Positions 39,801-51,035 of a stretch of 64,000 nucleotides of DNA are shown here, piece by piece; position 1 is the first letter of the stretch, and every line of letters starts with the position of its first letter. The DNA comes from Neoechinorhynchus agilis (Eukaryota > Animalia > Acanthocephala). The notes under the pieces are model-generated. The model searched no databases. It was not told the DNA's origin and worked only from the letters and a program-made list of their open reading frames with translations. The stretch covers positions 1,274,797 through 1,338,796 of the forward strand of contig CM121342.1 in assembly GCA_051530055.1 (NCBI GenBank), written 5' to 3'. A program made the position numbers and the translations under genes.

Positions 39801-42800
39801 GGGTATCCGGTCGGGGGAAGTATGGTCTAGCGGGGGAAACTTGGTGGTCATCGTCTGTTGGAAAGTTTGCTAGGTTGAGTCTTGCCTTGGGTTCATTTCG
39901 GATCGCGAAATCCGAGAAGACCGGCAGCATGGAAAAAGGAGCGTCGATATAGGGAAATGCGGGGTTAATAATACGTTTATTTGTTACTTAACAAAGTAGA
40001 GGGCCGATATCCTCATTTGGGTCCTCATGAACACTCGAGTTCGGAGTTGTTCAAAGAAAGCGGTTGTTGATTTTCGAGTAGATTATGGGCTCGATCAGGT
40101 AGAAGTATCAGGCCGAGGGATGTAGGGTGGAGCGGGGGAAACTTGGTGGTCATCGTTTGTTGGAAAGTTCGCTAGGTTGAGTCTTGCTTCGGGTTCATTT
40201 CGGATCGCGAAATCCGAGAAGACCGGCAGCATGGAAAAAGGAGATCGGTATAGGGAAATGCGAGAATAATAATAATACGTTTATTTGTTACTTAACAAAG
40301 TGGAAGGCCGATATCCTCATTTGGGTCATCATGAACACTTGATTTCAGAGTTGTTCAAAGAATGCGGATGTTGATTTTCGAGTGGATTGCGGGCTCGATC
40401 AGGTGGGAGTATTCGGTCGGGGGATGTACGGTCGAGCGGGGGAAACTTGGTGGTCATCGTTTGTTGGAAAGTTTCATAGGTTGAGTCTTGCCTCGGGTTC
40501 ATTTCGAGTCGCTAAATCTGAGAAGATCGGCAGCATGGAAAAAGGAGCGTCGGTATAGGGAAATGCGAGGTAAATAATAATACGTTTATTTGTTACTTAA
40601 CAAAGTAGAGGGCCGAAATCCTCATTTGGGTCCTCATGAACACTCGAGTTCACAGTTGTTCAAAGAATGCGGTTGTTGATTTTCGAGTGGATTGCGGGCT
40701 CGATTAGGTGGGAGTATTCGGTCGGGGAATGTACGGTCGAGCGGGGGAAACTTGGTGGTCATCGTTTGTTGGAAAGCTTGCTAGGTTGAGTCTTACCTCC
40801 AGTTCATTTCGAGTCGCGAAATCCGAGAAGACCGGCAGCATGAAAAAAGGAGCGTCGATATAGGGAAATGCGAGGTTAATAATAATACGTTTATTTGTTA
40901 CTTAACAAAGTAAAGGGCCGATATCCTCATTTGGGTCCTCGTGAACACTCGAGTTCAGAGTTGTTCAAAGAATGCGGATGTTGATTTTCGAATGGATTGC
41001 GGGCTCGATCAGGTGGGAGTATTCGGTCGGGGGAAGTACGGTCGAGCGGGGGAAACTTTGTAATCATCGTTTGTTGCAAAGTTTGCTAGGTTGAGTCCTG
41101 CCTCGGGTTCATTTCGAGTCGCGAAATCCGAGAAGACCGGCAGCATGGAAAAAGGAGCGTCGGTATAGGGAAACTCGAGGTTAATAATAATACGTTTATT
41201 TGTTATTTAACAAAGTAAAGGGCCGATATCCTCATTTCGGTCCTCGTGAACACTCGAGTTCAGAGTTGTTCAAAGAATGCGGATGTTGATTTTCGAGTGG
41301 ATTGCGGGCTCGATCACGTGGGAGTATTCGGTCGGGGAAAGTACGGTCGAGCGGGGGAAACTTTGTAATCATCGTTTGTTGCAAAGTTTGCTAGGTTGAG
41401 TCTTGCCTCCGGTTCATTTCGAGCCGCGAAATCCGAGAAGATCGGCAGCATGGAAAAAGGAGCGTCGATATAGGGAAATGCGGGGTTAATAATACGTTTA
41501 TTTGTTACTTAACAAAGTAGAAGGCCGATATCCTCATTTGGGTCCTCATGAACACTCGAGTTCAGAGTTGTTCAAAGAATGCGGATGTTGATTTTCGAGT
41601 GGATTGCGGGCTCGATCAGGTGGGAGTATTCGGTCGGGGGAAGTACGGTCGAGCGGGGGAAACTTGGTGGTCATCGTTTGTTGGAAAGTTTGCTAGGTTG
41701 AGTCTTGCCTCGGGTTCATTTCGAGTCGCTAAATCTGAGAAGATCGGCAGCATGGAAAAAGGAGCGTCGGTATAGGGAAACTCGAGGTTAATAATAATAC
41801 GTTTATTTGTTACTTAACAAAGTAGAGGGCTGATATCCTCATTTGGGTCCTCATGAACACTCGAGTTCAGAGTTGTTCAAAGAATGCGGATGTTGATTTT
41901 CGAGTGGATTGCGGGCTCGATCAGGTGGGAGTATTCGGTCGGGGGAAGTACGGTCGAGCGGGGGAAACTTGGTGGTCATCGTTTGTTGGAAAGTTTCCTA
42001 GGTTGAGTCTTGCCTCGGGTTCATTTCGAGTCGCTAAATCTGAGAAGATCGGCAGCATGGAAAAAGGAGCGTCGGTATAGGGAAACTCGAGGTTAATAAT
42101 AATACGTTTATTTGTTACTTAACAAAGTAGAGGGCTGATATCCTCATTTGGGTCCTCATGAACACTCGAGTTCAGAGTTGTTCAAAGAATGCGGATGTTG
42201 ATTTTCGAGTGGATTGCGGGCTCGATCAGGTGGGAGTATTCGGTCGGGGGATGTACGGTCGAGCGGGGGAAACTTGGTGGTCATCGTTTGTTGGAAAGTT
42301 TGCTAGGTTGAGTCTTGCCTCGGGTTCATTTCGAGTCGCTAAATCTGAGAAGATCGGCAGCATGGAAAAAGGAGCGTCGGTATAGGGAAATGCGAGGTTA
42401 ATAATAATACGTTTATTTGTTACTTAACAAAGTGAGGGCCGATATCCTCATTTGGGTCCTCATGAACACTCGAGTTCAGAGTTGTTCAAAGAATGCGGAT
42501 GTTGATTTTCGAGTGGATTGCGGGCTCGATCAGGTGGGAGTATTCGGTCGGGGGATGTACGGTCGAGCGGGGGAAACTTGGTGGTCATCGTTTGTTGGAA
42601 AGTTTGCTAGGTTGAGTCTTGCCTCGGGTTCATTTCGAGTCGCGAAATCCGAGAAGATCGGCAGCATGGAAAAAGGAGCGTCGGTATAGGGAAACTCGAG
42701 GTTAATAATAATACGTTTATTTGTTACTTAACAAAGTAGAGGGCTGATATCCTCATTTGGGTCCTCATGAACACTCGAGTTCAGAGTTGTTCAAAGAATG

Positions 42801-44039
42801 CGGATGTTGATTTTCGAGTGGATTGCGGGCTCGATCAGGTGGGAGTATTCGGTCGGGGAATGTACGGTCGAGCGGGGGAAACTTGGTGGTCATCGTTTGT
42901 TGGAAAGTTTGCTAGGTTGAGTCTTGCCTCGGGTTCATTTCGAGTCGCTAAATCCGAGAAGATCGGCAGCATGGAAAAAGGAGCGTCGATATAGGGAAAT
43001 GCGAGGTTAATAATACGTTTATTTGTTACTTAACAAAGTAGAGGGCCGATATCCTCATTTGGGTCCTCATGAACACTCGAGTTCAGAGTTGTTCAAAGAA
43101 TGCGGATGTTGATTTTCGAGTGGATTACGGGCTCGATCAGGTGGGAGTATCCGGTCGGGGGATGTACGGTCGAGCGGGGGAAACTTGGTGGTCATCGTTT
43201 GTTGGAAAGTTTGCTAGGTTGAGTCTTGCCTCGGGTTCATTTCGAGTCGCTAAATCTGAGAAGATCGGCAGCATGGAAAAAGGAGCGTCGGTATAGGGAA
43301 ATGCGAGGTTAATAATAATACGTTTATTTGTTACTTAACAAAGTAGAGGGCCGATATCCTCATTTGGGTCCTCATGAACACTCGAGTTCAGAGTTGTTCA
43401 AAGAATGCGGATGTTGATTTTCGAGTGGATTGCGGGCTCGATCAGGTGGGAGTATTCGGTCGGGGGAAGTACGGTCGAGCGGGGGAAACTTGGTGGTCAT
43501 CGTTTGTTGGAAAGTTTGCTAGGTTGAGTCTTGCCTCGGGTTCATTTCGAGTCGCGAAATCCGAGAAGATCGGCAGCATGGAAAAAGGAGCGTCGGTATA
43601 GGGAAATGCGAGAATAATAATACGTTTATTTGTTACTTAACAAAGTAGAGGGCCGATATCCTCATTTGGGTCCTCATGAACACTCGAGTTCAGAGTTGTT
43701 CAAAGAATGCGGATGTTGATTTTCGAGTAGATTGCGGGCTCGATCAGGTGGGAGTATTCGGTCGAGGGAAGTACGGTCGAGCGGGGGAAACTTGGTGGTC
43801 ATCGTTTGTTGGAAAGTTTGCTAGGTTGAGTCTTGCCTCGGGTTCATTTCGGGTCGCTAAATCCGAGAAGACCGGCAGCATGGAAAAAGGAGCGTCGGTA
43901 TAGGGAAATGCGAGGTTAATAATACGTTTATTTGTTACTTAACAAAGTAAAGGGCCGATATCCTCATTTGGGTCCTCATGAACACTCGAGTTCAGAGTTG
44001 TTCAAATAATGCGGTTGTTGATTTTCGAGTGGATTGCGG
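30814..44039 (+). repeat. Satellite array of about 44 head-to-tail units of 302-308 bp
   Basis: ATGAACACTCGAG recurs every 302, 305 or 308 nt. Length variation comes from an (AAT)n tract. Units differ by only a few substitutions. Confidence 0.98.
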
Positions 44040-44558
44040 TTCGGTCGGAGCATGTCCGTTTTCTCGGGATTCTTATCTCGTTATATATTTAAAGCGTAAT
44101 ACAACCAAATCTTTGTTAGAAATATTTTGCAAATATATGACATTATAAACTCTTTTTATTGACCAATTAATTTCTATAAACCGGTTATATTGATTTGGTT
44201 TTTTTTGGGATGTGGACCAACAGCCAAACCGATCAATAATTTAATCTCTGGCGAAAGAGATCAATTTATCTGTACACTCCTACCCTGCAGCCCAGAAAAA
44301 AAGATGCTGACTAAACTACATTCCGAAAGCTTATTGATTTCTTTATTGGCAATTTTACAAAATCGAAACACTCCGCCCCGCCAATAAAATTTCCAATATT
44401 TCAGAATTCGATTACAGAATCGATTGTTTTTGTAGTGATGACGTCATAACAGATTTTTCTTCCGGCTTTGTGGCGTTTTCAAAGGAAGACTTCCGTATCC
44501 GCCATAAAAAACAAGTATCGTTTAGGTTCAATGATCCACGATCGTTGTTCCTATTGAA

Positions 44559-45035
44559 ATGTCTTTGAGTTCGTTTTTCAGCAAGAAGGATAAAAGGAAG
44601 ACTGCAGAAGAGGACATGGTTATCATGGCAGTTGAAATGCCGGCAGAAGAAGTTCCTTCAACGAATGTTGTAGTAGACGATGACGAAGTGATTGCTTCTT
44701 CGAAGGACTGGTCATTACTTGATGACGATCAGATAATTGAAGATTATCCATTAGTAGCCGATGAAGTTGACGATGAAGTTCAACAGACTGAAGAGTGTAA
44801 CGAAGTAGAAGGATACAAAGCTCAGGAATGGGACTTTGAACGATTAAAAGCTGTGAGCAAAAAGCAAACAGTCGTTGAAGAGGTAAAGAAAGAGGCAGCA
44901 GAAAAGCCGAAAGAGTTTGTTTCTGCAGGGAAATATAAAGCTCCGGGTACGGTCGTTGTTGAAGGAAAGAAATCCAAGAGGAAGCCGAAGAAAGTTGATA
45001 TCGAAGATGTTAACGAATTTCCTAGTTTGGGGTAG
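44559..45035 (+). CDS. CDV3: CDV3-like acidic disordered protein
   Basis: N-terminal SLSSFFSKKDKRK, an acidic middle with W residues, GKYKAPG and C-terminal DVNEFPSLG match the CDV3 family layout (LDDFFAKKD ... Y.PP ... FPSL). Confidence 0.65.
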   Translation: MSLSSFFSKKDKRKTAEEDMVIMAVEMPAEEVPSTNVVVDDDEVIASSKDWSLLDDDQIIEDYPLVADEVDDEVQQTEECNEVEGYKAQEWDFERLKAVSKKQTVVEEVKKEAAEKPKEFVSAGKYKAPGTVVVEGKKSKRKPKKVDIEDVNEFPSLG

Positions 45036-45646
45036 ACTCCTCAAAGTTATATATCGATGAAATAAATATTTGAATTTATTGGGTATGTTTGTTCATCTAT
45101 CTCGAAAATGATTACAAACAGTCGTTTTAAAAAACTGGTTTTTTTTAGCAATTCTCTGAGTCAAATTTAAGTGGCGTAAAAAAATTAAAAGAATTTGTTA
45201 GAAACCCAAATTCCTAATGAAACACTTTAACGACCTTAATAAACGCGTACAAGATTGTGCGATGGAAATATTGGAACTAATAAATTCTTTTAATTGTTAC
45301 GCCAGCATAAACAAACAACATAATAGTTCAATCTTTAAACATTTAATTTTTTACGCCGTAAACAAACATCCGAATAGTTCAATAGGTTTCATAGTGAGAA
45401 TAGTTGATTAAAACCAGCTCGTAAATCATTGTACGAATTGAAGAAATAAGTTGCTTTTGCGATAGCTCTTTGGGCTTCACAAAGAAAAAACAAAAAGAGA
45501 AATAACAGAATTTGGGCATTTCTTTCAAATAAATTTTTGTGCAAATATTTATTGCTTGTTTTATTTGTCGTTAAGAATAAAATAATAATCGAATAGGATA
45601 AAGGCATAGAAACGATTTCTTATTCCTTTTAAGGACTTTACACTAA

Positions 45647-46508
45647 ATGAATTCAAAAATGCTTACGCTCGTAAGCTTTGCCTCAGTGTTCTTCTTTTTT
45701 CTGACTTCTTTGCTTACCTGGATTGCAATTTTAATACAACCATGGACACGAATTCCGAATTTGAACACGTCCATCGGTCCTTTAAATTTCCCTTCAGGAG
45801 AGAAGTTTAAAGAAATCTTAAACGGTTCATTAGTTCTAATAGAAGGTAAGTTTTTTGGCTTATTGAATTTCAAAATAGCTTTACTCAGAGAGGATCATAA
45901 GCAAACTGATGCTGAGCAGCGCCTTCTTATCAACCTCAGCATTTCTATTCGCCGTTGCGTTTATTTACACAACGAGACGAGCAGCGTTTGCTTTAATGCA
46001 ATTTTCATCGACGTGTGGACAAGTCTCATGTTCGTATATCCTTTATCTTTGGCTATTAATTCACTTTATTTTTCAGTGCTCTCGGAACTACTCGCCCTTG
46101 GCATGTACGTCTTTTACGTAGACGTGGAGGACGGTATTCATACGAGTTCATTTCATTTGGCATTGTCAAGTTTGACATCATCTTTAATCTCTCTGTTTTT
46201 GTCTCAAACGACGATTTATATTCTCGCTACATATAAAAAGAGAATCTTTGGTGGAGGATTTATGGACAAAAATTGCAGGTAAGCGAATTAGTATTTCATT
46301 TTCGCCTCTTCTAAAATGCGCAAAATATTTTAGTATTCTTCAAATGAATCTTCCCGTTCATAATTTCCAAATGATTTACCGAAAATCGGATTTATATGAA
46401 AGCAGTGGATCGAAACAAAAGCGATACGATCTAAAGATCGCGCATTCAAAGGAGTTCGATGTAGACTCACTGGATGGAAATCAACAAAAAGCACGAATGT
46501 GGCATTAA
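45647..46508 (+). CDS. Multi-TM claudin/PMP22-like protein, about 257 aa after removing introns 45846-45878 (33 nt) and 46279-46333 (55 nt)
   Basis: N-terminal TM followed by W, a loop with two Cys (RRCVYLHNETSSVCF) and three further hydrophobic segments. Both introns are GTAAG..AG and splicing joins the two ORFs in frame. Confidence 0.5.
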
Positions 46509-46965
46509 CGAAGTTGTTGATCAATTGCTTTTAATAGTCTCATATAGCATTTTTCATATAGTAATCAATATATTTATCGTAATACTTTAAATTTTAACTT
46601 CGTCGAAGATATTCAAATCAAAGCAACGCGGTTATAAATATAAGCTACGCACTTAGATTCGATTGAGTCTTGAAAATTCCAAATCCAATCATTCGTTTAA
46701 AAAATCTACTCATTCTTGTATGTCTTGATGCTCAGATTATTTTCAAATGTAAAGTTCGTTGGGTTTGCGAGAAATCCGCGACCTCACATATCGGCAATCC
46801 AATTTAATTTTACATATTTATTAGGGGATTTATTAGATACAAGTAAACAATATTTACAAATAATAATTAAAAATTGTGACGATTCAATTACAATTTTTGT
46901 TGAAAACTGTAGGTTATGAATTTTTTTGTTCAAATATTTTTTGGGTTGATTTCAAACGCAACTTT

Positions 46966-47560
46966 TTAGTCGCGTCTTTCTACAAATGAAGGTGGACGGG
47001 CGCTGTTCAATGCCAAAACGTGCATAAAATACCCAGTGAATATTCCTTCACTGGATTCTCTGATATTCATTAAAATATCACAGAAACGACCATCGATGAG
47101 TTCAAGCTAAAAGAAATTGGAATTTTCATCAAGATTTAAAAAACTGAGGTTTACCGTTATGACAGTTGGACGTACGCCTTCTATGCAAGGACGAATAATG
47201 TGCTTTCGAACGATAAGATGAGAATATCTTGTAACTCGAATTTCCTTACAAATAATATTTTTAGACTTGTTGACGCATTCTTGGATTATTTCCGTATTTA
47301 AATATGTGTCCGATGGAGAATACATCTTACGAAAAAGTGCGATCGGTTTTTTAAGCAAAATTTGAAGGAGCAAGAAAATGAATACTTTTCTATACGTTTA
47401 TCTGAACACTTTTTTCTCCAGAAGATATAAACCCTTTTTTGCATGAATGTACTTTATTCGTATTGCCCTTTTTTTAGCTTGTAGCCAATGAGATTCGTTT
47501 CAAGGGTCGGTGATGGAGGCACGTGATTTCATTCGCAAATTAATGTTCGTCTTCACGACG
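46966..47560 (-). CDS. Unknown multi-exon gene, copy 1; 5' end uncertain
   Basis: The 88-aa ORF 47107-47373 splices via a 48-nt GTAAAC..TTAG intron to LELIDGRFCDIL...VERRD-stop. It is conserved in the inverted copy, and a partial paralog lies at ~54250-54390. Confidence 0.45.
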
Positions 47561-48618
47561 TGGTCATTTTTTGTTTCTAAAAACTTTGGATTTGAATTGA
47601 GCAAACACTTTATTCTTACAACTTTTAAATCTCATAAATTGGTTATTTTGAAGACTGAGAACTTTTATGGGAGCTTGAAATACTTAAGAAATTTGATTTA
47701 TACATTTATTTAAGAAAGACTACTTTAATTGTTTTTGTATTTAAAAAGCAGAAAAACTACAATTAATAAATAGTTTCATTTTTGAATCGGTCTATTTATC
47801 GTATTTTCATCTGTGAAACATTAGTCATCGCGGTAATGTGAGACTGTCTTAATCGAGAAATTAGCATGTCAGCATTACAATAAATCACAATAAATATTAT
47901 GAACTGTAAAAAACTTGAAACGATTATTATCTTAAAGATGACATAAATGACAGCCATCGATTTAATCTAAGGTTAAATGCGATCTGAAGTGTTTACAAAG
48001 TATCAATATCTCGACAAAGCTCCAATTCGGTTTAATTAACTTTGTCATGCCTTATTTTCATAGCATATTCATAGCCTTTCTAAGCATCAATTTTTTTATT
48101 TGGAAGATAATAGTTTTAAATTAAAAGAATTTATTTGTTTGAATATTTCGGCAGAATCTTATGCCTTTATCAAAGTTGCTCGTAGGTTTTGCTATAGACG
48201 AACTTACATATTTCAAAACTTACAAGCAACCTTGATAAAGAAATAAGATTGTGCCGAAATATTGGAACCAATAAAAAAATTTAATTTTAACGCCAGATGC
48301 AAACATAAACAATTTAATCTTCAAACAAGGGCGACACTTCTGCAAATATTTATTGGGAAAAATAAAGTCTAGAGTTAATATTCTGTAGTAAATGCGATCA
48401 AATTATTGGAAGGTTCCTCGATATACACAACATTTAAGTAGTTGAAGTTTTTAACACCAAGACGAATTTTATTTTTTCTTTGTTTTCGTATTTTTGTATT
48501 ACGAGATGACTTTTTGACATTTATTTTACGGTTTCACCAACGCAATTCGTTTTTAGGTTAGACTTGAAAATCTTTACCAACTACTCTAGACCCTTACGGA
48601 CTTTATATCACTTAGAAG

Positions 48619-48842
48619 ATGGATCTTCTCTGGTTATATATTTCATTAGGGATTGGTGGCATTACTATACTCTTTGGTCTGCTGGCCGCCTTTATAATGT
48701 ATTTATTTCTTTGTTCTAGAATACTAACTAATTCTAATTTAGGCGATGTGCTGGTGGTTTATACCGCCGTGGAGTGCTTCCAGCGGAATATTTTTTGGGA
48801 GGTATGTCTGGAGGCAACCAAAATAACTTTACAGGACCGTGA
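48619..48842 (+). CDS. 59-aa single-pass membrane microprotein, copy 1 (intron 48699-48742)
   Basis: The spliced product is MDLLWLYISLGIGGITILFGLLAAFIM-RCAGGLYRRGVLPAEYFLGGMSGGNQNNFTGP. The 44-nt GT-AG intron has the same position in all four copies. Confidence 0.6.
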
Positions 48843-49853
48843 TTAATGGATAATCTTTAAGCTTTTAATAAACTTAATTTGTCAAACTCCAGGATTGTTT
48901 ATGGAAGAGTGTTTATTTTTAAAACCCTTTAGTATTAATTATCTAAGCAATGCTAACTCTCAACAAAACACTTAAGCATTTAGCGATAGAGTGGAAGTTG
49001 TAAGCTTCTCAATATTTTAACTAGCACCGACAGATCCAGTAGTATCTCGGAGCTGCAAGATTGTAAATCTTGAAGTCCTCGGGACTGGCGGTAATTGTTT
49101 GCCCGTGAGTTTTCTAGGTTAGATCTTTCCACTGGTTCATTCCAGGTTATGATATCCGAAAAAATTGAACTATCTTCGGCAACGGACTTTGCATTTACGA
49201 CACTCTCCTACGCTTCCCCGACGATAATCCCTCTCATTTCGCCCGATTCATTCCATTCGGCTACTTCTTCAGGCTTGTTCCGATTTTGGGTCTCAACTTG
49301 TGGTGGATCAACTGGCTGGCCTCTTATCTTGACAATCGCCTACAATACATTCACTCTCGGACAATAACCAAAAGATACATGGGACATATTCTTTTTTAAT
49401 TAACAAATAAACGTGCTATTATTAGATGGACCCCGTAAATATGACTATCCTTCAATTCTGCTCGATCAACGATTGTTTGTTTGGCAAGACCCGAGTAATA
49501 CCTGTTTAACACTTTGATATAATCGAAATTAAGATTTTATTGCATCTTCTCTCTAAACGTCGAACTTGCGAGGCGATTGAACGCATGCAACGCAGGCTAA
49601 GGTTTTGGTACAAAACACAAATTGCATTGGAAAATTGTGGATAAAATTGCTCAGTCGAAGTTTGTCATCATTTTCTTTGATACGATCGCCGCAACGTAGT
49701 TGGAACGATCGTAGTTTGATCCTTACCAATAATTCGTTTATCGAAAACTTCATTTTGTGTTATATCATAGAGAATTGTCGTCGGGGTGAATTTGATTCGA
49801 GTTTGGCGATGTTTTTCCCCCGGATTGTTGTTGGTGGTGTTGATCATTTATTT

Positions 49854-49892
49854 TAAAATATTTCGTAAGCTTTTTGCTTACCTCTTCAGTTA
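49854..49892 (-). ncRNA. Minimal type I hammerhead ribozyme in the Penelope pLTR
   Basis: The minus strand reads TAA-CTGAAGA-G-GTAAGC-AAAAA-GCTTAC-GAAA-TAT-T-TTA: perfect 6-bp stem II, palindromic stem III ATAT, 3-bp stem I, AATAAA at 49852-49847. Confidence 0.75.
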
Positions 49893-50183
49893 TATCTACA
49901 AATTAAGCTACAAGTCAAAATTGGACTACAGGCGTGGATCCGCGTCTAACGTTTTCGTTTTGTCAAGAATTTTCGGAAGTACCAGCATATGATTCGCTTT
50001 GTTACCGTCCACGGTTACATTCCCTGTGAAGTATATTGCCTCCATTACCATTCTCCTCCATAAATTAGCATCAGGCTGTATTATTAATGCTCGTCCGAAG
50101 TCCACGCCGCAGCTGGTACGGCTTGGCGAACCCCCGGATCCACGCCTATAGTCCAATTTTGACTTTAGCTTAATTTGTAGATA

Positions 50184-50222
50184 TAACTGAAGAGGTAAGC
50201 AAAAAGCTTAGGAAATATTTTA
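50184..50222 (+). ncRNA. Second copy of the hammerhead motif (inverted arm), with one stem II mismatch
   Basis: TAA-CTGAAGA-G-GTAAGC-AAAAA-GCTTAG-GAAA-TAT-T-TTA. A C-to-G change breaks the basal pair of stem II. Confidence 0.6.
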
Positions 50223-50231
50223 AATAAATGA

Positions 50232-51035
50232 TCAATACCAACAACAATCCGGGGGGGAAAACATCGCCAAACTCGAGTTTTGTGTTATCTTCGATTGCTC
50301 TCTTCTGTTCGTAATTAATCGATCTTGAAATTGAAAGCTTATTGATTGATTTTCGATGGCTTTCATGGGTTGGATCTCGAACAGATTCAAGCATGTAAAC
50401 GCCGAAACTTCTCGTACGACCGGCGATTTAAGTGGTATCTTAAATCTTAAGTATTTTGTAAATAAAGCACCTAAGAAGGAAATGAACATATTTTGGTCGA
50501 CTTGAATAAAGTTTTCAGGATCTACTTTAAACTGTCCATGAACTTTCCACAATTGGACGAGATCAACGGGCTGGTTCCTATCATCATCTTGTACACAGCT
50601 AACTTTAAATGCACCTACCATAGCCATTCCCATGAGAATTTGAACCCCAAACGGATAATCGTTAATGCTGAAATTGACGCCCGAGAGTTTACAGTGGAAA
50701 GCTATTTCCGGAAAATACTTAACCACTTCAGGACAATCAAATATGAAATCATCCCAGATTCTGACGCTTCCACCAAAATCTACAATACGAGCAAGCATTG
50801 GTCCGCTCTCAGCTACAGGACAATTGAACTTTGTTCTGTAAAAGGTAGCATTGACTACATAGAAACATGAGCTTCTGATTTCATTTCGTAGCACGTGAAA
50901 TCGTCTCACGTTACTGCGCAGCAGAATATTTAGCCATAAGAGTTGGTCTTGGCCAGTTGAGTGGATCACAAAAACAAAGTTGTCTGTACTCGATGTGAAC
51001 TTTAGCCGAATATACGAGATGGAAATCTCACTCAA
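50232..51035 (-). CDS. Extended Tudor-domain protein (TDRD-like); possible upstream exons; C-terminus altered by the Penelope insertion
   Basis: CFYVVNATFYRTKF....MLARIVDFGGSVRIW..FIFDCPEVVKYFPEIAFHCKLSGV matches the extended Tudor pattern wyRa.i...vDyG.......lP.qA..c.L.gi. Confidence 0.75.
   Translation of the reverse strand: MSEISISYIRLKFTSSTDNFVFVIHSTGQDQLLWLNILLRSNVRRFHVLRNEIRSSCFYVVNATFYRTKFNCPVAESGPMLARIVDFGGSVRIWDDFIFDCPEVVKYFPEIAFHCKLSGVNFSINDYPFGVQILMGMAMVGAFKVSCVQDDDRNQPVDLVQLWKVHGQFKVDPENFIQVDQNMFISFLGALFTKYLRFKIPLKSPVVREVSAFTCLNLFEIQPMKAIENQSISFQFQDRLITNRREQSKITQNSSLAMFSPPDCCWY

Larger units (their letters stand above)
45474..48087 (+). repeat. Left arm of inverted segmental duplication A (partner 57486-59922)
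   Basis: Mirror-image ORFs (45647..46282 + vs 59115..59750 -; 47107..47373 - vs 58210..58476 +). The right arm lacks a ~180-nt block present at ~46710-46890. Confidence 0.92.
49797..50276 (-). mobile_element. 5'-truncated Penelope insertion with inverted pseudo-LTRs
   Basis: The arms 49797-49942 and 50135-50276 are near-perfect inverted repeats. The 192-nt spacer encodes DFGRALIIQPDANLWRRMVMEAIYF on the minus strand (GIY-YIG C-terminus). Each arm carries a hammerhead motif followed by AATAAA, and TCGA occurs at both ends. Confidence 0.85.

Noticed and set aside
30814-44039. The repeated 75-aa ORF (MNTRVQSC...) as a tandem gene family, or as a giant spliced repeat protein
   Set aside because: Several units have in-frame stops (ATGTAG, TTGTAA) or frameshifts, and the candidate GT donors are lost in some units (TCGATATAG, GCGAGAATA). 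ORF persistence is expected at this low divergence.
30814-44039. CRISPR array or rDNA/5S/spliced-leader gene cluster
   Set aside because: There are no unique spacers, the units are ~303 bp, and I recognise no rRNA, snRNA or Sm-site motifs. The context is eukaryotic.
49215-49275. CTGAAGA...CGAAA on the minus strand as another hammerhead
   Set aside because: The hairpin between the two core parts does not start at the core, and there is no stem I or cleavage-site pairing.
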